Source: Cuniculiplasma divulgatum
GTDB lineage: Archaea; Thermoplasmatota; Thermoplasmata; Thermoplasmatales; Thermoplasmataceae
Reading direction: 5' to 3'
NCBI RefSeq assembly: GCF_900083515.1
Contig: NZ_LT671858.1
Coordinates: 1,530,001-1,562,000 of the forward strand
Length of the DNA: 32,000 nt
Shown here piece by piece: positions 27,194 through 32,000 of the stretch. Positions within the stretch are counted from its first letter, which is position 1, and each line of letters starts with the position of its first letter. Made by a program: the position numbers and the translations under genes. The notes below the pieces were generated by a model, which did not search any database, was not told the DNA's origin, and worked only from the letters and a program-made list of their open reading frames with translations.

Positions 27194-27646
27194 GTGAGTA
27201 AAATCGGTTTTTCCAATAGGCAGATTACTGGCAACATTGGGCTGTATTACATTTGTTACAAGCTCTCGAGAATGGGATGGAACGTTCTTCCAACATCTAG
27301 AAATGCAAAGGGCATAGATATTATAGCTTATGGAAAGCAAGGCGAAAAGATGCTTATGATTCAAACAAAAGGATATACTAAGAAAGCCGCCGTGGGACCA
27401 TTTAAAGATGTCAGCGAAATTATTGCTGATTTTTATATTGTATCTTGGAATGTTTACACATCGCCCGTTACTTATATATTGACGAAGGAAGAACTGAAAT
27501 CGGTCTTGTCCAAACACAAAGGGGTGTATTGGGCAGAATCTAAGGATTATGCCAAGGACGACTTTCTCCAAAGATGGGATAAAATTGGATATGGATTTGT
27601 AAAAAATGAGGAAATTGAGTATATTACCAAACTTGATCAGGACTAA
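27194..27646 (+). CDS. PD-(D/E)xK-fold nuclease-like protein (Hjc/PDDEXK_5-like)
   Basis: GNIGLYYICYKLSRMGWNVLP..AKGIDIIAY...MLMIQTKG fits the G-x-x-G...D...(E/Q)xK layout. It is divergent from the R-M operon. Confidence 0.5.
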   Translation: MSKIGFSNRQITGNIGLYYICYKLSRMGWNVLPTSRNAKGIDIIAYGKQGEKMLMIQTKGYTKKAAVGPFKDVSEIIADFYIVSWNVYTSPVTYILTKEELKSVLSKHKGVYWAESKDYAKDDFLQRWDKIGYGFVKNEEIEYITKLDQD

Positions 27647-28282
27647 TCAAGTAAATGTTTGATTTTACGATCATTTTTACAATGAAATATCACTTTTTAA
27701 AACAACAATCGCCGTCATATCCCAAAGCAGAAACAGAAAAACCTAGCTGCTTGATAGAAAAACCAGAGATATCAGTCTGGGTTCACTCACCACCTCTAAT
27801 GAATTCTTCATTTTAATCTCTCTATAAATTCCGAGGTAGTCATTCCTATTATTTGCAAATAGATAAATATGGTAAACACCGAGGGATGAATTATGCGAAG
27901 TTACATTATTTAAAAATATACACAGTCTGTTGCGCATTTGCCTTTAAAGATAAGCGTGAACTCTTAGCAGGATTTGCATTTTGTGGTTCAGGCTCCAATA
28001 TACTCTTTTAAGAACTATATTTCCAACGTCAAATGTCTGGAAGTCAGGATAGTCGCTATTCACGTTTGTGCCAAGCATATCTATTTCCTTCTAACTCTTT
28101 TATATTGATTCCTATAACTTCCTGATGCCATTGCCTGTATGAACACCAGCTTCAATCTGGCATTAGTTGAAATTGCCAGATAATGTGCTTACAAATTGCA
28201 CTGAATATATTTTCAAACTCCCATAACAATTCTTAAATTATTTTTTTTATCCAAATCTTCATGTCATGGAAATGATGATCCT

Positions 28283-28820
28283 TGTCACTGTAACCCTGTC
28301 CACTTTTTCAATATTGATTTTTTCATTCATAATTTTTCATCTTAGTTAATTCTACCATGTTATTGATATGAGTATAGGGTTGTCACACCTGTCACACCCA
28401 TAATTTTTTTTCTTAATTTTCTAATCTTCAACTTTTTGATCTTAGTTAATTCTACTAAGACGTATGACTATTTTAGGGGGGTGTCACCCCTATAATGCTT
28501 GTCATATATAGTCGCTTTTTAGGTGTGACAGTGTGACAGGTGTGACAGTGTGACAGCACTGCCCAAATCTTACGTGATTTACTGACTATTTAAGCTGTCA
28601 CACCCATGACAAGGGGCTGTCACATGTGACAGGGGTGTGACAGCCTTTTAGACAAAAAAGATGTTCTGACCTGTCACATGTGACAGGGGGTGTGACAGGT
28701 AGTGTTCTAAAAAGGTATATTTTACAGCATTTACAAGCTGTCACACTGTGACAGGTAGTGTGACAGGGGGTGTGACAAGGTTATAGGTTGAAGCATGTCT
28801 GACATTCAAATGGCATGACA
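28283..28820. repeat. iteron field of >20 TGTGACAG / CTGTCACA copies with three palindrome+G-run modules
   Basis: See the first finding. Four tandem copies lie at 28524-28556. Palindromes lie at 28617-28632, 28671-28686 and 28738-28754. A 100-bp duplication is marked by ATCTTAGTTAATTCTAC at 28339 and 28439. Confidence 0.85.
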
Positions 28821-29353
28821 GTAGTGAAATATTTCATCCACTAATTAACAGTCTTCTTTCACATTTTATGATATGAGCAAGTCTTTATTGTGCACAGTGT
28901 CTATATTCAAGGTATATGTGTCTTAATAGCATATGCTATTTCCTATTCAGTGATGCATTTATAATTTCATGTATGGAGTACCATTTTGTTACGATTTCCG
29001 TGTTTGCAAAAATAATACCATGGAAATCCTTTTCATGATCTCATGGATACAAAATCCATGATCATTTACCACACTGTGATAAATGATTTCACAGTAAGCT
29101 TGTTCCCTATTTGTTAACAAACAGAAATTTCAGACAGGATTAATTGTGAAATAGATCAATCCAGTATTTTCTGATGCTTACATGGAAGGCAAATTCAGTG
29201 TAAATATTGAGATATTTTAAAGATTTTCTATCACTTATTTGTGTCATTATGAAATCTTTCTGATCAAAATCTCACCTTCAACTTCATAAAATCCAATATG
29301 TTCTGATTCTGAAATATTTATTCCAAATTCCAGTTCCTTAAATAAGTTTATAT

Positions 29354-29863
29354 TTAGCGATGGAGAGTTGAATATTTAACAAGCACATCTTCAGTAAGAG
29401 GGTTTGCTCCATCACAGTTTCGTGCGAGTTCCCCATTATTATCTTTATTTGCAGACCAAAGATATACCATGGTTCCCTGATCTTGGACATATTTGACTAC
29501 TGGAATGAAATCAGTATCTCCAGATACAAGAATGATATTTTGTATATTTGATTTTGAGAGTGTGATCATGTCCACTGCAAGCTGGATATCTACCTGTTTC
29601 TGTACAAAATGAAATCCTACCTTTTATTTCTCTCCACGCCCAACTTTAAAATTAGCCAGTTTTTCTAACCTGTCAAGGAGGACTTCATTTGATTTGAACT
29701 CACAATCATACACATAAGTTCTAAACAAAGAAGAATTATGTTTCTGGCATAATAAATCACAAAATGATTTATAATCAAGTTTGAAGGTGCCTTCCATGTG
29801 ATTCAGCACTTCCTTTTTCAAATAATAGTTGTCAATAAGTATTGCTGCCCTTTCTTCACTCAT
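29354..29863 (-). pseudogene. NYN-domain (LabA/DUF88-like, PIN-related) protein gene interrupted by one in-frame TAA
   Basis: AAILIDNYYL...(N-terminal part) and VDIQLAVDMI...ILVSGDTDFIPVVKYVQDQG (C-terminal part) are in the same frame. They are separated only by TAA at 29624-29626. Confidence 0.65.
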
Positions 29864-29958
29864 TTTTTCTCCGCCTGTTTTCCTGAGATATTAATAATAT
29901 GAGGTCTTCCAAAAACATTCACAAAAAACCATTTTCATGGTTATGTTTGCACAAATAA

Positions 29959-32000
29959 ATTTCAATAGAGCCATGATTATTCAATCATGGAAACTAGTGG
30001 GCACTCTCGATATATGAAAGGATGGATTGCATGCTTCAATAGAGCCATGATTATTCAATCATGGAAACCAAGAAGTGGAGGGACATGTCGCCGCAGCAAA
30101 GAAAGGCTTCAATAGAGCCATGATTATTCAATCATGGAAACTCTTTAACTTTTCAGGCTTCAAGTACGGGATACAACGGCTTCAATAGAGCCATGATTAT
30201 TCAATCATGGAAACCACCAGTAGCATTCTTTGTTACTGTTGAAGGGAAATCGCTTCAATAGAGCCATGATTATTCAATCATGGAAACCTTCACTCAGGGA
30301 GGGGACATTAAGGTCTCTGTCCTGCTTCAATAGAGCCATGATTATTCAATCATGGAAACACCCCAGACCTCTTCGCTTTCTTTCTGTGAGAGATTGCTTC
30401 AATAGAGCCATGATTATTCAATCATGGAAACGGCGTCAGATTCATCCAATGCCATCACCAGATCTGTGGCTTCAATAGAGCCATGATTATTCAATCATGG
30501 AAACTTTCTCCACCAACCTGCAACCAGAAGGAGGAATTTGTGCTTCAATAGAGCCATGATTATTCAATCATGGAAACAAGTCATTGTTATTGTTCCTATC
30601 CCAGAAACTCCTCCGCTTCAATAGAGCCATGATTATTCAATCATGGAAACGTTGTTTTACCGGCTTTTGAGAAAAATCCAGACATGGGGCTTCAATAGAG
30701 CCATGATTATTCAATCATGGAAACTATAGTTTTTTTTCAAAATATTTTAGTAGTAGTAGTGCTTCAATAGAGCCATGATTATTCAATCATGGAAACTCAT
30801 ATCACTGATGACAAAATATGTCAATCGAATGACGCTTCAATAGAGCCATGATTATTCAATCATGGAAACAATGGAAATTTGATGGTGATTTTTGTTGTAA
30901 ACAGTTTGCTTCAATAGAGCCATGATTATTCAATCATGGAAACAAAGAGGACTATGCCAAATACTATTATCCAGTTTGCAGCGCTTCAATAGAGCCATGA
31001 TTATTCAATCATGGAAACATAAAGGAATTCTTCCTTGAAGATGGTTGGATTGTTAAGCTTCAATAGAGCCATGATTATTCAATCATGGAAACGTGAATTT
31101 TCTTTTATTTCAGGATATCGATGTATTGCTTCAATAGAGCCATGATTATTCAATCATGGAAACGGTTGCTGCACATTGAGGTATGTATGAAGACCTTGTG
31201 CTTCAATAGAGCCATGATTATTCAATCATGGAAACTCTTATCATGTGAGCATCAGCCATACTGTAAGATTGAGCTTCAATAGAGCCATGATTATTCAATC
31301 ATGGAAACATAGTTGATATTTACCAAATGTAAGGGGATTGAAAACTGCTTCAATAGAGCCATGATTATTCAATCATGGAAACTTTGTAATGAAGTCATGC
31401 CATCGTATCAGGTAAGGGCTTCAATAGAGCCATGATTATTCAATCATGGAAACAACATAGGGAAAACAAGCGATTCTATTGATTTATATAGCTTCAATAG
31501 AGCCATGATTATTCAATCATGGAAACTTGGGCTCTATGGAAACACTGGCACAATGCATATAATGCTTCAATAGAGCCATGATTATTCAATCATGGAAACC
31601 CGGACTAAGTACCACATACAAAGACCCAATAACCGTGCTTCAATAGAGCCATGATTATTCAATCATGGAAACTAAGGAATTATCTTGAGTATTTTATCCA
31701 GATTTTCTTCGCTTCAATAGAGCCATGATTATTCAATCATGGAAACCACCTCCAAGGTTTTCTGGGTTGGCTCCCTTTTACTGGCTTCAATAGAGCCATG
31801 ATTATTCAATCATGGAAACATCGTGAATGATTACATACACTGAATCTGTACCAGATGCTTCAATAGAGCCATGATTATTCAATCATGGAAACCCTGTATC
31901 GGCAGGATTTACTGAGGATGATACTGAAGCTTCAATAGAGCCATGATTATTCAATCATGGAAACAGTTACTGGTAAGAATGTCAATGCAATCGTCAATTC
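29959..32000 (-). CRISPR. CRISPR array, 28 repeats of 36 bp in the window, continuing past the window end
   Basis: Plus-strand repeat is GCTTCAATAGAGCCATGATTATTCAATCATGGAAAC. There are 27 complete spacers of 35-39 bp, all different. The first repeat (29959) is degenerate (AT for GC). The minus strand reads GTTTCCATG...CTATTGAAGC, the canonical transcribed orientation. Confidence 0.95.

Noticed and set aside
27743-28110. 64-aa minus-strand ORF plus a ~50-codon upstream stretch in the same frame separated by TAA, which could be a fourth nonsense-split gene.
   Set aside because: The upstream stretch is itself bounded by another stop after ~50 codons. There are no recognisable motifs and the region is AT-rich. 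It is indistinguishable from random open frames.
28283-28820. Calling the iteron field the chromosomal oriC outright.
   Set aside because: No orc1/cdc6 or other initiator gene is adjacent in this window, and I cannot compute skew. It is kept only as one hypothesis among iteron, centromere and binding-array options.
29020-29080. Fragments resembling the CRISPR repeat (ACCATGGAAAT, TCCATGATCATT) about 900 bp before the array, which could be a decayed older part of the array.
   Set aside because: There are only 8-10 nt matches, the spacing is inconsistent with the 72-75 bp period, and the sequences are low-complexity palindromic CATG-rich words.
30230-30478. 82-aa ORF on the plus strand with an internally repeated peptide (FNRAMIIQSWK).
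   Set aside because: It is a translation of consecutive CRISPR repeats and spacers, not a gene.
1-32000. tRNA, rRNA or other structured RNA genes, searched for as GC-rich islands with acceptor-stem-like ends.
   Set aside because: No convincing candidate was seen by eye. A covariance-model scan (tRNAscan-SE or Infernal) would be needed to exclude them.

Overview
This is a low-GC, densely coded archaeal-looking window. The lineage guess is a Thermoplasmatales-like acidophile. That guess is inferred from a tricorn-interacting-factor-type M1 aminopeptidase, YxVTFxESGLPxGxxW surface-protein modules, TATA-like boxes close to start codons and an ATTGAAGC-type CRISPR repeat end.

- **nt 1-10,100, housekeeping:** tag glycosylase, DUF302, M1 aminopeptidase, thrS, DUF167 and a YVTN beta-propeller surface protein.
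- **nt ~10,200-21,850, IS-scarred mercury island:**
  - an ISL3 transposase fragment and an MFS transporter;
  - a membrane protein with MerF/MerT-like vicinal cysteine pairs next to a thioredoxin-like protein;
  - a canonical HMA-merA-membrane protein operon;
  - an apparently intact IS3-family element;
  - a second HxlR-HMA-merA operon in which both Hg-handling cysteine motifs are each one cysteine short;
  - a decayed IS5-family element.
- **nt 21,900-23,800:** an uncharacterised three-gene operon. It comprises a Met-rich ~19-aa-repeat protein, a polytopic membrane protein carrying the same repeats on its tail, and a small membrane protein.
- **nt 25,100-32,000, defence-type region:**
  - an MvaI/BcnI-family restriction enzyme with an SPPY methyltransferase;
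  - a PD-(D/E)xK-like protein;
  - a 1.7-kb ORF-free gap holding a dense field of TGTGACAG/CTGTCACA iterons with palindrome+G-run modules;
  - a nonsense-interrupted NYN-domain gene;
  - a CRISPR array of at least 28 identical 36-bp repeats that runs off the window, with no cas genes on this side.

Three accessory genes are each split by a single in-frame stop codon. No tRNA or rRNA genes were recognised. All family assignments come from motif recognition by eye, not from database searches.
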